Notes: generated from the sequence alone by a model not told the origin. A DNA stretch of 64,000 nt from a virus (IMGVR_UViG_3300044655_001017), one strand, 5' to 3'; positions 42,609-53,477 are shown, counted from the stretch's first letter. Numbers and translations: made by a program.

Positions 42609-44963
42609 ATGGCACTAACTGTTTGGACACAATCCTCCGGGTCTCTTGGAACATTTCAAGAAGGCCTTAATTTTGAATTACAATTACCTGTTGCTAATGA
42701 CAACGGTGTTACATACACTAAAATATCTGGTGAGTTGCCTAACGGCTTATGGTTAAGTGATAATCGCATTCTTGGTACTCCGTACGAAGTTTTGCGAGAT
42801 ACATCATCATCATTCTGTATCCGCGCTAGTAAAAATAATCAAATTTCTGATAGAACATTTACTATCACAGTTACTGGCCCAGATAACCCAGTAATATTAA
42901 CACCTGCAGGATTATTAGATATTGGCATATACAAACAACTTTATGTTGTAGACGATGCGTTTGTAAACTATCAAATAGACGCATTTGATTCTGATATAAT
43001 TGCCGGACAACGGTTAACTTATTATATCACCAACGGCACGTTGCCGCCAGGGTTATCACTTACTCCTGATGGTAAAATTTACGGTGTAGTTGAATCTGTT
43101 ACTACGTTACAACCTGCTGAAGGAAATGGAACATACGATCACGGGTATTATGACGCCGGACCTTATGATTTTGCAAATCAACAACGACAAAATGGTTATG
43201 ACGAACTAAAATATGATTATATTGGGTACGATTTCTTTTTTGTAAATCAACCTCGAACACTTAACAGATTTTATGAGTTTGTAGTAGCAGTAACTGACGG
43301 TGATACATTAACTCCGCCGCATCACACATTTCAAATTTACGTAGTTAATCCTGATACGTTTAGGGCAGATTCTGAATCATTAGTTTCTAATGCTAAATGG
43401 TTTACGTCCGATGTATCTTACATTCAAGCTCCGGTATGGCTTACTCCTTCTGACTTAGGAACATTTAGAGCAAACAATTATGTTACGTTTGTGTTAGATG
43501 TTTTTGATACAACTGCTGTATATTATGAAGTTGACGACATTACAAAGTTGCCACCTAATATGAACATTGACTTAATAACAGGCGAAATATACGGCCGTGT
43601 TCCTGTACAACCGGCAGTTACTACAACCTACACGTTTACAGTAACTGCTATTAGATATGGAGACGTTGACACTGACGAAACAAACCGTGCGTCAAGAACA
43701 TTCACTGTTAAAATTATAGGCGAACTTGATAGTATTATTACATGGAACACTTCAGCTAACCTGGGACGAATTAATGCAGGTTATGTATCAACGTTTAACA
43801 TTAATGCATCTAGTTCTATAAAAGATGCACAAATAACATATGTGATAACAGGTGGAAAATTACCACCCGGATTAACCCTATCATATGACGGTGAAATATT
43901 AGGTACAGTATCACAATTTTCTAATCAGATTAATTTTGACAATAGAACTACTGTATTTGATGTTAATGCATCAGTATATCGAGTTACGTTTGACACGTAC
44001 AATTTAAAGAAAGCGCCCGGTCAACATCTTAACATAACTGATTATATGTTAACTCCAAATTTAGGTACTCGTGCTCATAATACATTTTTTGATTCTAATG
44101 CAACAACTATCGGAAAAGCAATAAATTCAACTACGTTTAATAACTCTAATATTAAAAATGGTCTTATATCATTTGATCTAACACCTATTACTAAAACAAC
44201 ATTTGATAACAACAATACTACTATTGATCGTGTTTATAATTTTACTGTTGAAGCATACGACCAGTATTTCATTAGTGCAATTTCTAAAACTTTTACTATA
44301 GCAGTTGATACACCAAATGAAATTGATTACAGTAACATATATGTTAAACCGTATATGACACCTAGTCATAGGGCAATATGGTCTAAATTTATTAATAACC
44401 CGTCTATTTTTACTCCAGATAACTTATACAGACAATACGATTCAATGTTTGGGTTACAATCAACGTTATCTATGATAATATATGCTGGCATTGAAACTAA
44501 ACATATTTCAGCTTATAACGAATTATTATCTGAACAGGTTAAACGATTTAAATTTGGAAATTTACAAAAAGCAATTGCATATATTTCCGGTACTAAAACT
44601 CCGGTATACGAAGTAATTTACGTTAATATGGTAGATCCATTATTAGAAGACACATTGTATGCAAAGGACAACGTTACTATGTGGAGATCGCAAATATCAA
44701 ATGTTGGTGAAGTTAGGTGGGATTACTTACCATTATGGATGCGATCTATACAACCGGGTGATAGAAAACAATTAGGTTTTGTATTAGGGGTGCCACTCTG
44801 TTATTGTAAGAATGGCGCAGCTGACGAGATTTTATTAAACATTAAATATAGTAATTTTGATTTTAAATTACTTGATTATACAGTTGACAGATTTACAATA
44901 ACTAAAGTTAACGGCTACGATGCCGATAAATATATTGTATTTAACAATAGGAACCACATATGA
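42609..44963 (+). CDS. baseplate-like structural protein with putative Ig (He_PIG) repeats
   Basis: G.LPPGL.L...G.I.G repeats; TATAAATA late promoter ~42584. Confidence 0.65.
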   Translation: MALTVWTQSSGSLGTFQEGLNFELQLPVANDNGVTYTKISGELPNGLWLSDNRILGTPYEVLRDTSSSFCIRASKNNQISDRTFTITVTGPDNPVILTPAGLLDIGIYKQLYVVDDAFVNYQIDAFDSDIIAGQRLTYYITNGTLPPGLSLTPDGKIYGVVESVTTLQPAEGNGTYDHGYYDAGPYDFANQQRQNGYDELKYDYIGYDFFFVNQPRTLNRFYEFVVAVTDGDTLTPPHHTFQIYVVNPDTFRADSESLVSNAKWFTSDVSYIQAPVWLTPSDLGTFRANNYVTFVLDVFDTTAVYYEVDDITKLPPNMNIDLITGEIYGRVPVQPAVTTTYTFTVTAIRYGDVDTDETNRASRTFTVKIIGELDSIITWNTSANLGRINAGYVSTFNINASSSIKDAQITYVITGGKLPPGLTLSYDGEILGTVSQFSNQINFDNRTTVFDVNASVYRVTFDTYNLKKAPGQHLNITDYMLTPNLGTRAHNTFFDSNATTIGKAINSTTFNNSNIKNGLISFDLTPITKTTFDNNNTTIDRVYNFTVEAYDQYFISAISKTFTIAVDTPNEIDYSNIYVKPYMTPSHRAIWSKFINNPSIFTPDNLYRQYDSMFGLQSTLSMIIYAGIETKHISAYNELLSEQVKRFKFGNLQKAIAYISGTKTPVYEVIYVNMVDPLLEDTLYAKDNVTMWRSQISNVGEVRWDYLPLWMRSIQPGDRKQLGFVLGVPLCYCKNGAADEILLNIKYSNFDFKLLDYTVDRFTITKVNGYDADKYIVFNNRNHI

Positions 44964-45571
44964 GTAGTATTATAACCAACACAATTCTTACTAACTATCC
45001 AGTAGCAGGAGTTGATAACGATAGTCAAGGATTCCGTGATAATTTTACGAGAATTCAAGCAGCATTGGCACAGGCTAAAGCCGAGCTTATACAATTTGAA
45101 AATAAAGCATTATTAAAAACTAATTTAAATGCCACTGACACAAATCCAGTTACTAGTGATTTAGTTGGGGGAATTATTTTAAATGGAAGATACAATAAAT
45201 TCTATGGTGCTAGTAATTACTTAGTTAATGAAGAAGTTGACGGCGTCGGTGTTAGTGATGTTACCGTTAGTATTTCGTTATGGGATGGAATATATCAATC
45301 TTTTGCATTGGCTCAAGATACAACAGTTACATTTATTCAATGGCCAGATGACGGACAATACGGAAATATTAGAGTGCAGTTTACTGCATCAACGTCGACT
45401 GATGTAACCTTAACTTCAATTACGTCGTCAAATGGCGGAACAGTAATTCCAGATGTGTCGTTTCCTGCATTAACAATTACTAATGATGCGTATTATGTAA
45501 TTGAAGCATGGAGTGTAGATCACGGTGCAACTGTATTTTTAAAATACATTGGTAAATTTAATAAACCATAA
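44960..45571 (+). CDS. structural hypothetical protein
   Basis: YPVAGVDNDSQGFRDNF N-terminus typical of jumbo-phage structural genes. Confidence 0.65.
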   Translation: MSSIITNTILTNYPVAGVDNDSQGFRDNFTRIQAALAQAKAELIQFENKALLKTNLNATDTNPVTSDLVGGIILNGRYNKFYGASNYLVNEEVDGVGVSDVTVSISLWDGIYQSFALAQDTTVTFIQWPDDGQYGNIRVQFTASTSTDVTLTSITSSNGGTVIPDVSFPALTITNDAYYVIEAWSVDHGATVFLKYIGKFNKP

Positions 45572-45579
45572 AGGTAATT

Positions 45580-45810
45580 ATGCATCCATTAGTAAACGAT
45601 TTATCAACATTAAAAACTGCTGATATTGAAGCTAAAATAAATGATTTAACAAAAAAGTATTTTATGACTTCAAATTTTGAAGTACAATGCCAAATCTCAT
45701 CTATATTAGACTCTTACAAAGAAGAAGTAGGAAGACGACAAGCTGAAGAATGGAATAAAGTGATGGAATCAAGAAATAAAGGACTTGACAAATTAATAAA
45801 TGTAAGTTAA
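45580..45810 (+). CDS. hypothetical protein
   Basis: ORF track. Confidence 0.65.
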   Translation: MHPLVNDLSTLKTADIEAKINDLTKKYFMTSNFEVQCQISSILDSYKEEVGRRQAEEWNKVMESRNKGLDKLINVS

Positions 45811-45819
45811 AATACATAC

Positions 45820-46326
45820 ATGAAATTAGACAAATTTGCAAATCCAATTTTTAACGAAGCTGATGTGTTTGATGCCCTGTATGCAGGGCATCAGTCAGCA
45901 ATCTCAAATATCGTAGTTGAAGATAACTACGAATTTTTACAATTATCAAACATAGCAGAAATAACCTTTGCTAAAAATTTAGAAACATTAGACACTACTG
46001 TTGAAGAGTACGACAGTATTAATCAACAACATTGGTTTATGCCTGAACAGTATTATACATTTAATATACAAGAATATTGCATTAGTAAATGCAACTCCTT
46101 AGATGAACAAACTAGGGTTATTGAAGAATTGGCTGAATTTAAAAATAGAAATTTAATGCAAGTATTACAATGGTTAAAATATTTTGTCGATACTTGTTTA
46201 GCTGAAAACATAATATGGGGTGTAGGTAGAGGGTCTAGTGTTTCAAGTTTTGTATTATATTTGTTAAATGTTCATAGAATTCATAGCATTAAATATAATT
46301 TAGACTGGCGAGAGTTTCTAAGATAA
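45820..46326 (+). CDS. stand-alone fragment of DNA polymerase III alpha (DnaE-like)
   Basis: WGVGRGSSVSSFVLYLL.V.RI.SIKYNL..REFL corresponds to the DnaE GRGS region; only 168 aa. Confidence 0.7.
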   Translation: MKLDKFANPIFNEADVFDALYAGHQSAISNIVVEDNYEFLQLSNIAEITFAKNLETLDTTVEEYDSINQQHWFMPEQYYTFNIQEYCISKCNSLDEQTRVIEELAEFKNRNLMQVLQWLKYFVDTCLAENIIWGVGRGSSVSSFVLYLLNVHRIHSIKYNLDWREFLR

Positions 46327-46352
46327 GTATACACAACAATAAGGAGAATAAT

Positions 46353-46679
46353 ATGTCAGATTTTCATAAATCAGCTAGAGGTAAAGTCGTCGATATGAAT
46401 CGACTAATGAGTCAAAATGAACTAATGGTTGCAGTTAGCAATGTTAAAATTAATGCACGCGGGGATGAACTCGGGCCAGGCGGGCAAATTATTCGTAATC
46501 AAAATAGTGGAGAATCTAGCTATGTAGGGGTTCCGGTTGAACACCGTTCATTTGGAAATAATTTAACGCAACCACTAGTACGCCCTGAAGTAGTTACAGA
46601 AGCGCCAAATGCATTAGTACAACCAATTCCTGAACCTATAGAAAATAAACCATTAGAAAAAACATCAAAAGGCAAATAA
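46353..46679 (+). CDS. hypothetical protein
   Basis: AAGGAG RBS; NARGDELGPGGQII motif. Confidence 0.7.
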   Translation: MSDFHKSARGKVVDMNRLMSQNELMVAVSNVKINARGDELGPGGQIIRNQNSGESSYVGVPVEHRSFGNNLTQPLVRPEVVTEAPNALVQPIPEPIENKPLEKTSKGK

Positions 46680-47059
46680 TGATTAAAGGTGAGTTAGATA
46701 CAATTCATGATAACGTACTTGTTACAGATATGAATTTTGCAGAACAAGTTACTACAGGCGGCATTATTGTCGGAAGTGACAACGGTAAAACTGAAGGTAT
46801 TAAACCTCGATGGGGTAAAGTATTCAAAATTGGTCCAGACCAACATGATGTAAAAGTTGGTGATTGGATCTTAGTAGAACACGGTCGATGGACTCGAGGA
46901 GTTCAACTCGAAGATGAAAACGGCAACGTTGCTACTATTAGACGAGTTGAAACTACATCAATTTTAGCAGTCTCTGATCATTTACCTACGGATATTAATC
47001 TAGGCGCGTCAAACGCATCAACTGTACAAGAGTTCGACTTTAGTCAACCAATGTACTAA
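46679..47059 (+). CDS. GroES-like co-chaperonin (second paralog)
   Basis: DNVLV, TTGGIIV, RWGKVFKIGP, VKVGDWILVEHGRW. Confidence 0.8.
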   Translation: MIKGELDTIHDNVLVTDMNFAEQVTTGGIIVGSDNGKTEGIKPRWGKVFKIGPDQHDVKVGDWILVEHGRWTRGVQLEDENGNVATIRRVETTSILAVSDHLPTDINLGASNASTVQEFDFSQPMY

Positions 47060-47135
47060 TCAACATGAGTAATGGAGAACTTGACATTCTCCATTACTTA
47101 CTATATAATATACTTTTTAAACACAACAAAAAGGC

Positions 47136-48062
47136 ATGCAAATGGCAACAACATCATTATGGGTTGAAAAATATCGTCCAAATACAATAGATAGCTACGT
47201 ATTTAGAGATCAGCAGCAAAAAAATCAAATAGACGGGTGGATTAAACAGCAAAGCATTCCACATCTACTGTTTAGTGGTAGTGCCGGTATTGGTAAAACT
47301 ACACTTGCAAAAATATTGTTTAATGAACTAGATATTGAACCATTAGACATTTTAGAAATTAACGGATCAAGAACTAACTCAGTTGACGACGTTCGTAACT
47401 TAATTACTAACTTTGTACAAATGATTCCGTTTGGTGACTTTAAAGTTGTATTATTAGACGAAGCAGATTACTTATCAGTGAATGCACAAGCAGCATTGCG
47501 TGGGGTTATGGAAGAATATCATAACACTGCAAGATTTTTACTTACATGTAACTATCCGCATAAAATTATTCCTGCTATACATTCAAGATGTCAAGGGTTT
47601 CATATTGAAAAAGTTGATATTGTAGAATTTACTGCAAGGGTAGCTACTATTTTAGTAGAAGAAAATGTTGATTTTGATTTAGACACACTTGATACTTTTG
47701 TTAAAGCAACTTACCCAGATCTACGAAAATGTATTAATACAGTACAGATGAACAGTTTAAGTGGTACGCTTGCGTCACCATCATATAGCGATACTGGTAG
47801 CGGCGACTATAAAGTAGAAATGGTAGAATTATTTAAAGCAGGTAAAATATCCGATGCCCGTAAACTGCTATGTTCTCAAGCACGACCAGAAGAGATGGAA
47901 GAAATCTATAGATGGTTATATGATAATGTAGAAATATTTGGTAACGAGACACTACAAAATAAAGCTATCCTTATTATTAAACAAGGACTAGTTGATCATA
48001 CTATTATTGCAGATGCAGAGATTAATTTATCTGCTACATTAATACGATTAGGCAATCTGTAA
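47136..48062 (+). CDS. clamp loader small subunit (RFC-like AAA+)
   Basis: LWVEKYRP, GSAGIGKTT, LLDEADYL, AIHSRC, DLRKCIN. Confidence 0.92.
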   Translation: MQMATTSLWVEKYRPNTIDSYVFRDQQQKNQIDGWIKQQSIPHLLFSGSAGIGKTTLAKILFNELDIEPLDILEINGSRTNSVDDVRNLITNFVQMIPFGDFKVVLLDEADYLSVNAQAALRGVMEEYHNTARFLLTCNYPHKIIPAIHSRCQGFHIEKVDIVEFTARVATILVEENVDFDLDTLDTFVKATYPDLRKCINTVQMNSLSGTLASPSYSDTGSGDYKVEMVELFKAGKISDARKLLCSQARPEEMEEIYRWLYDNVEIFGNETLQNKAILIIKQGLVDHTIIADAEINLSATLIRLGNL

Positions 48063-48123
48063 ACTTGCAGTAATGCATTTAATATAGTATAATATGTTTT
48101 TATTTAATTACTAAGGAGCAACT

Positions 48124-48333
48124 ATGTTGTTAATTTATTTTAAGGTGCTAGCTGTATTATTATTCTTTCTACTACAGTTTATTTTTGTACTACCGTACTA
48201 CATGTCATCAAACGAATGGTGGGAATTTACACTAGGTTGGTTTATTTTATTAATCATTGATCCAATTGTAATTTACAAATTATGGAAGGATGCAGTTAAA
48301 CCCGTTGACGAACTTTTTAAGGATGTGAAATAA
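48124..48333 (+). CDS. membrane hypothetical protein
   Basis: AAGGAG RBS; two hydrophobic segments. Confidence 0.55.
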   Translation: MLLIYFKVLAVLLFFLLQFIFVLPYYMSSNEWWEFTLGWFILLIIDPIVIYKLWKDAVKPVDELFKDVK

Positions 48334-48380
48334 TAACTACACTATTATTTCTCAATTATCTTTACCTCAGGTGATTACTT

Positions 48381-48812
48381 ATGAAACTTAAATTCAAACA
48401 ATACTATATGAATATTGCATACGAATCTGCAAACTTATCACATGCGATAAAATTAAAAGTTGGAGCAGTAATTGTTACCGAAACCGGGGTTATGCTTACT
48501 TCGTGGAATGGAACTCCGATTGGGTGGGATAATGTCTGCGAAGACGAAATGGATACAATTCAAACTAGTAATTCATATCTTAAAACTAAACCAGAAGTTA
48601 TTCATGCTGAGAGCAATTGCATATCAAAATTAGCAAAATCAACTGAAACTGGTAAAGGTGCTTTTATGTTTATTACACATGCTCCATGCATTGAATGTGC
48701 TAAATTAATATATCAAACTGGAATTACTAAAGTATTCTACACAGAAACTTATCGCAGTGCCGCCGGACTTGAGTTTTTAGAAAAATGTGGTATAACTGTT
48801 GAAAAATTATAA
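48381..48812 (+). CDS. dCMP deaminase family protein
   Basis: KVGAVIV, NGTP.G, HAESN, HAPCIEC. Confidence 0.9.
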   Translation: MKLKFKQYYMNIAYESANLSHAIKLKVGAVIVTETGVMLTSWNGTPIGWDNVCEDEMDTIQTSNSYLKTKPEVIHAESNCISKLAKSTETGKGAFMFITHAPCIECAKLIYQTGITKVFYTETYRSAAGLEFLEKCGITVEKL

Positions 48813-48815
48813 AAA

Positions 48816-48839
48816 TAGCAGCTGACTAGTCAGCTGCTA
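48816..48839. terminator. bidirectional terminator-like palindrome
   Basis: Perfect 24-bp palindrome TAGCAGCTGACTAGTCAGCTGCTA between convergent genes. Confidence 0.6.
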
Positions 48840-48856
48840 GTTCTATTTTAAAACTT

Positions 48857-49588
48857 CTAACTTTCCCCGTAGAGTGCCAAAACCTCTTTTACTGCGTTAT
48901 GGCGTTCAATATCTTTATGCGTAAAATACGCAACATCAATATGGCTTAATGCCGTTTTATTATTATCTAATCTATCAATAAATTCTAATAAACCGTTATC
49001 GTGCAAGCGATCAGCTTGTGCTAAATCTCCTGTTACAACCATACGTGAATTTTCCCCTAATCTAGTAAGAGCCATCTTCATTTGATTAGGAGTTGTATTT
49101 TGAGCTTCGTCAAAAATGATATACGCATTTTTGAAAGTTCTCCCTCTCATATAACTTAGTGGACTAATTTCAATATCACCCTCAGCTAGAAATTTTGCAA
49201 TGTCTGTCTGATGGTAATACTCTCCGAATACATCAAAAATAGGTCTTGTCCATGGCGCCATCTTTTCATTTAATGTGCCTGGTAAGAACCCTAATTCTTC
49301 ATCTACCGATACTGCTGGTCTAGTTACAATAATCTTATCTATTAACCCTTCCTGAAATAATTTAATCCCATTTTGAACTGCTAACATCGTTTTCCCTGTA
49401 CCTGCCGGTCCAACTGCAAACACAATGCTAGTATCTTCATCTTGTAGCATTGCGACATATTCTTTCTGACTCTGGTTGCGCGGGTTTAATGTTACGCTGT
49501 ATCTTTTTGGTTTAATCAATTTTGGTTGTTGAAACTCAACTATGTTAACTTGCGATGTGAAACGTTTTTGTACTCGTTTTTGGGCCAT
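48857..49588 (-). CDS. phoH: PhoH-like ATPase
   Basis: GPAGTGKT, LGFLPG, YMRGRTF, DEAQN, GDLAQAD. Confidence 0.95.
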   Translation of the reverse strand: MAQKRVQKRFTSQVNIVEFQQPKLIKPKRYSVTLNPRNQSQKEYVAMLQDEDTSIVFAVGPAGTGKTMLAVQNGIKLFQEGLIDKIIVTRPAVSVDEELGFLPGTLNEKMAPWTRPIFDVFGEYYHQTDIAKFLAEGDIEISPLSYMRGRTFKNAYIIFDEAQNTTPNQMKMALTRLGENSRMVVTGDLAQADRLHDNGLLEFIDRLDNNKTALSHIDVAYFTHKDIERHNAVKEVLALYGES

Positions 49589-49738
49589 ATAGTGTAACTC
49601 CTAGTTTTTTGTTAGAATGGTAGTACCCACAGCGACATGGATACTACACAGTTATTTAATGAAAGGGAGTTAAATATAAAGAAATACCGGTTGATTTTAA
49701 ACCAGGATAAATAAGTGTAAACGTTTTAGGATATTATT

Positions 49739-50326
49739 ATGCAACACGATGTATTAGATATTATTAAAAACATTCAAGATCTATATGAAAACAACTCAAG
49801 TCTAGCAGTATTAAAAGATTTTGAACGAGTGCTTGACGAACTAGATTTGTATGTTTATGACAACTGGGAAGATGGAGAATTAGCATATGGACCAAAAGTA
49901 GACCGTCATTGGATTACTGTTGGATTTATGTGGCCAAGAGATAAAATGCCTAACCCGGACGGTGGAAAACGATTAGTTGATTTAGGATGTAAAGTTAAGT
50001 ATCAAAAATCACATATGGTTGAGCCAAGAAACATTAAAACACCAGAAGACATACGACCGGGTACTAAAAAAGGTAAATTAGACCGACATCCAATTTGGAT
50101 TGTAGAAATGCAAATGCCAAAAAAATTAGCATTTGATATGTATAAAGGTTATATGGATAAGCTAAAAAATGAAAACATAGAACCACCAAAAGAACCAGCA
50201 CAGCCAGCTCCTGCACCGGGCGGAGCACCAGCACCGGGCGGAATGCCTCCAGCAGCAGGCGGAATGCCTCCAGCAGGCGGAATGCCTCCAGCAGTAGGCG
50301 GGGCACCAGCTCCTGCACCAATGTAA
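49739..50326 (+). CDS. conserved jumbo-phage hypothetical protein with Pro/Ala/Gly tail
   Basis: DFERVLDELDLYVYDNWEDGEL...MPNPDGGKRL; GGMPPA repeats. Confidence 0.75.
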   Translation: MQHDVLDIIKNIQDLYENNSSLAVLKDFERVLDELDLYVYDNWEDGELAYGPKVDRHWITVGFMWPRDKMPNPDGGKRLVDLGCKVKYQKSHMVEPRNIKTPEDIRPGTKKGKLDRHPIWIVEMQMPKKLAFDMYKGYMDKLKNENIEPPKEPAQPAPAPGGAPAPGGMPPAAGGMPPAGGMPPAVGGAPAPAPM

Positions 50327-50334
50327 GGACAAAC

Positions 50335-51063
50335 ATGATTACAGAAAGCTTACACTCGCAGGATCTTAAAAACTTAGTTAAAAAAGTTTTTGAAATTGAC
50401 TCTTATAAAAGTAAAATAGGTGACGACCAAGATGTGGTAGTGTTATCGTTTACTGTTGATCACGAAGACCCTGCAAAAGATTTAGAAAATTTTGTAGAAA
50501 TGGGTTATGATTTTGTACTTGATGCAGATGTTAGTCCCGGTGAAACTGATGACGGTAATTACAAAGTGTTTATTGAATTAGAACGCAGTAGACATACTGC
50601 TGAACAAATTTTAGAGTTATTAACCGGCATTGAAAAACTAACAGGAATGTCTGATATGAGATTTAGATATTTTAAAAGTTTTAAAAGCCAAGATGCTAAT
50701 TTAGAAAATTTAACCTCAACTATTCCGGTTGATAAAAATGCATATGATATTGCAACTAAACGAGACAAATTAGACAACTTTAGTAATTTCTTTTCAAATA
50801 GTTTTTCAGACAAGGTTGAAGTAACTAACGAATCTATTACATTTAAAAGAATATGGACCGAGCCATTGTCATTTGAGATAATTACTAGTGGTCCTAAACA
50901 AACAGTTTATAACGCAATACAAGGTCCAATTATGTTGGAAGGTAGTTCTATTGCAGAAGTAATGTACTTTACAAAATGCATAGGTAACTACAATATTACC
51001 AAGGTTGGTAATACATTTATATTTGAAAACAGCGGATGGGCTGTTGCATTGGAGAAAAAATAA
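50335..51063 (+). CDS. hypothetical phage protein
   Basis: ORF track, 242 aa. Confidence 0.75.
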   Translation: MITESLHSQDLKNLVKKVFEIDSYKSKIGDDQDVVVLSFTVDHEDPAKDLENFVEMGYDFVLDADVSPGETDDGNYKVFIELERSRHTAEQILELLTGIEKLTGMSDMRFRYFKSFKSQDANLENLTSTIPVDKNAYDIATKRDKLDNFSNFFSNSFSDKVEVTNESITFKRIWTEPLSFEIITSGPKQTVYNAIQGPIMLEGSSIAEVMYFTKCIGNYNITKVGNTFIFENSGWAVALEKK

Positions 51064-51683
51064 TGGCATTTACATTTACAGAAGCACACTTGGCAAAAAT
51101 TATTCCAGGTAACTCATACATTTCAGAATGGTATGACGCGTTATCATCTATCTTACCAGAATACGATATTAACACACCGGAACGTGTTGCAGCATTTCTT
51201 GCACAAACTGCACACGAAAGCGGTAACTATACTGCATTAAAAGAAAACTTAAATTATAAAGCAGCAACATTACTAAAAGTATTTCCTAAATATTTTCCAA
51301 ATGCAGCATTAGCAGAATCATATGCAGGTAAACCAGAAAAAATTGCTAGCAAAGTATACGGCAGTCGTATGGGCAACGGCGATGAATCTACAGGCGAAGG
51401 ATTTAAATTTTGTGGTCGTGGACTTATCCAATTAACAGGTAAAGATAACTATACACGTTTTGCAGAAAGTTTAGAAATGGATATTAACGAAACAATTGAA
51501 TACTTAGAAACATTTGAAGGCGCTGTACAAAGTGCTTGCTGGTTTTGGGAAACTAATAACTTAAACCAATGGGCTGATAAAGGTGATATCGTTACACTTA
51601 CTAAACGCATTAATGGCGGAACTATTGGTTTAGAAGACCGCAAGCACCACTACCAGAATGCAATCAAAGTATTGAGTGCATAA
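51063..51683 (+). CDS. glycoside hydrolase family 19 endolysin
   Basis: AAFLAQTAHES, ENLNY, GRGLIQLTGKDNY, TKRINGG. Confidence 0.92.
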   Translation: MAFTFTEAHLAKIIPGNSYISEWYDALSSILPEYDINTPERVAAFLAQTAHESGNYTALKENLNYKAATLLKVFPKYFPNAALAESYAGKPEKIASKVYGSRMGNGDESTGEGFKFCGRGLIQLTGKDNYTRFAESLEMDINETIEYLETFEGAVQSACWFWETNNLNQWADKGDIVTLTKRINGGTIGLEDRKHHYQNAIKVLSA

Positions 51684-52183
51684 TGTTTATCTTACATTTC
51701 CTCCCTGATTCATATTTACTTTGGGCGGTTAACACAATCCTGCTATTAGGTGCTATTGGTACTATAGCAGGATTTTTTATTAAGTTTATTCCATTTTTAA
51801 ATCATTACAAACTATTGTTAAATATACTGTCAACATTTTTACTAGTTGTAGGAGTTTACTTTAAAGGTGGTTATGGTGTTGAGATGGAGTGGCGTAACCG
51901 TGTAGCAGAACTTGAACAAAAAATAGCGATAGCAGAAGCCCAATCAAAAGAGGTTAATATCCAAATTGAAACTCGTGTGGTGGAAAAAGTAAAAGTTATT
52001 AAGGAAAAAGTATATGCAACCAAAAAAATTATTCAAGAACACAAAGAGATTATTAACGCTGAGTGTACTGTTCCTGATGTTGCAAGGGTGCTCTACAACA
52101 GTGCCGTTAACAATGAGCTTCCCGCAGGTACCTCCGTCCTTGATGGAGCCAGCACCAACGTTAAAGACATTATCTCAAACTAA
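51683..52183 (+). CDS. inner-membrane spanin (Rz-like)
   Basis: N-terminal TM segments plus coiled coil, directly after the endolysin. Confidence 0.6.
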   Translation: MFILHFLPDSYLLWAVNTILLLGAIGTIAGFFIKFIPFLNHYKLLLNILSTFLLVVGVYFKGGYGVEMEWRNRVAELEQKIAIAEAQSKEVNIQIETRVVEKVKVIKEKVYATKKIIQEHKEIINAECTVPDVARVLYNSAVNNELPAGTSVLDGASTNVKDIISN

Positions 52184-52313
52184 ACCAGAACTAAGTGATA
52201 TATTAGAAAATGCTAGTGAGAATTACGGTTCTTACTATGAACTACGAGAACGATATCTTGCATGGCAAGATTGGTACAAACAACAAACGAAAATATATGA
52301 GGACGTAAAATGA
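52014..52313 (+). CDS. outer-membrane spanin lipoprotein (Rz1-like), overlapping
   Basis: Shifted-frame overlap with the previous gene; LQGC lipobox followed by a Pro-rich segment. Confidence 0.6.
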   Translation: MQPKKLFKNTKRLLTLSVLFLMLQGCSTTVPLTMSFPQVPPSLMEPAPTLKTLSQTKPELSDILENASENYGSYYELRERYLAWQDWYKQQTKIYEDVK

Positions 52314-52714
52314 AAAGAGTATTAGCAGTTATTTTACTTAGTATGCTATCTGGTTGCGCAGCAATGGATGCGTATTTTATGGCAAAATTTGATCAAAACG
52401 AATATCAATTAATCAATGACGTTCGGAGTCTTTCGCAAATAGGATCAGAGTTTTGTAGTAATCAACAACAAATGGTTCCTATTGTAGATCGTATATATTT
52501 AAAAAGTATTGAATTTAAAAACTATGCTGAATTTATACCAGAAAACAAAGTAACTATGAAACTATCAGAATCATTAATGGATTTAACAGAACCATTACAT
52601 GTACGATATCATAAAACAGAAAAAATAAGTGAAGCATATTGTAAACAAAAAATGGATATTTTAACAAAAGCGGCAACTACAATTGCCCAAACTATAGGGA
52701 GTAAACCACGATGA
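52310..52714 (+). CDS. lipoprotein, hypothetical
   Basis: LSGC lipobox. Confidence 0.65.
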   Translation: MKRVLAVILLSMLSGCAAMDAYFMAKFDQNEYQLINDVRSLSQIGSEFCSNQQQMVPIVDRIYLKSIEFKNYAEFIPENKVTMKLSESLMDLTEPLHVRYHKTEKISEAYCKQKMDILTKAATTIAQTIGSKPR

Positions 52715-52980
52715 GTACACAAGATATTTTAAATAGTTTAAGCGGATACGATACTGTTAAAAGTCACGCTCTTGCAGATGCAGCAGCAGAACTTAAAGGA
52801 TTAACTGAAGACTTTCAAAACGGTGTAATTAGCGCGTCTGAATATGAAGAACTATTACAAGATATTTCTACAACTGGAATTATCATCGAAGATGCGGCAG
52901 CACTTAACGCACAAACTGAATTAAACAAAATTATAAACACTGCAATCACAATTGCATCAACCGCTGCAAAAGCAATTTAA
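52711..52980 (+). CDS. hypothetical protein
   Basis: ORF track. Confidence 0.65.
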   Translation: MSTQDILNSLSGYDTVKSHALADAAAELKGLTEDFQNGVISASEYEELLQDISTTGIIIEDAAALNAQTELNKIINTAITIASTAAKAI

Positions 52981-52997
52981 ATACAAGGAACGTACCA

Positions 52998-53468
52998 ATG
53001 GAACAAAACGAGGATTTTATGACAAAATACTGGCGCCCAATGATGGCAATGACATACATGATTACATGTTTGTTTGACTTCGTGCTAGGACCGATATTAT
53101 ATAACATTTTGCAATACTACAACCCAGGTCAAAACTTAGACATGTGGCAACCATTAACATTACAAGGTGGTGGGCTTTATCACATTGCAATGGGTGTTGT
53201 ATTAGGTATCTCAGCACACGGCCGTACACAAGAAAAAATTGCTGGTCCTAATTTACCAGATTTTAGCAGCTTTACTCCACCGCTAGCGGCTCCAGCACCT
53301 GCGCCCGTATATGCTCCAGCACCTGCGCCTGTATATGCTCCAGCACCTGCGCCTGTATATGCTCCAGCACCCGTAGTAGAAGCAGCGCCGGAACCAGTAG
53401 TTGAAAAGGCTCCTGTTAGAAAAAGAGCAATAGCAAAACCAATTCCAAAATCAGATGACCCAATCTAA
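52998..53468 (+). CDS. putative holin with PAPVYA repeat tail
   Basis: WRPMMA TM, HIAMGVVLG...GRTQEK pattern; located in the lysis cluster. Confidence 0.55.
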   Translation: MEQNEDFMTKYWRPMMAMTYMITCLFDFVLGPILYNILQYYNPGQNLDMWQPLTLQGGGLYHIAMGVVLGISAHGRTQEKIAGPNLPDFSSFTPPLAAPAPAPVYAPAPAPVYAPAPAPVYAPAPVVEAAPEPVVEKAPVRKRAIAKPIPKSDDPI

Positions 53469-53477
53469 GGATAACTT

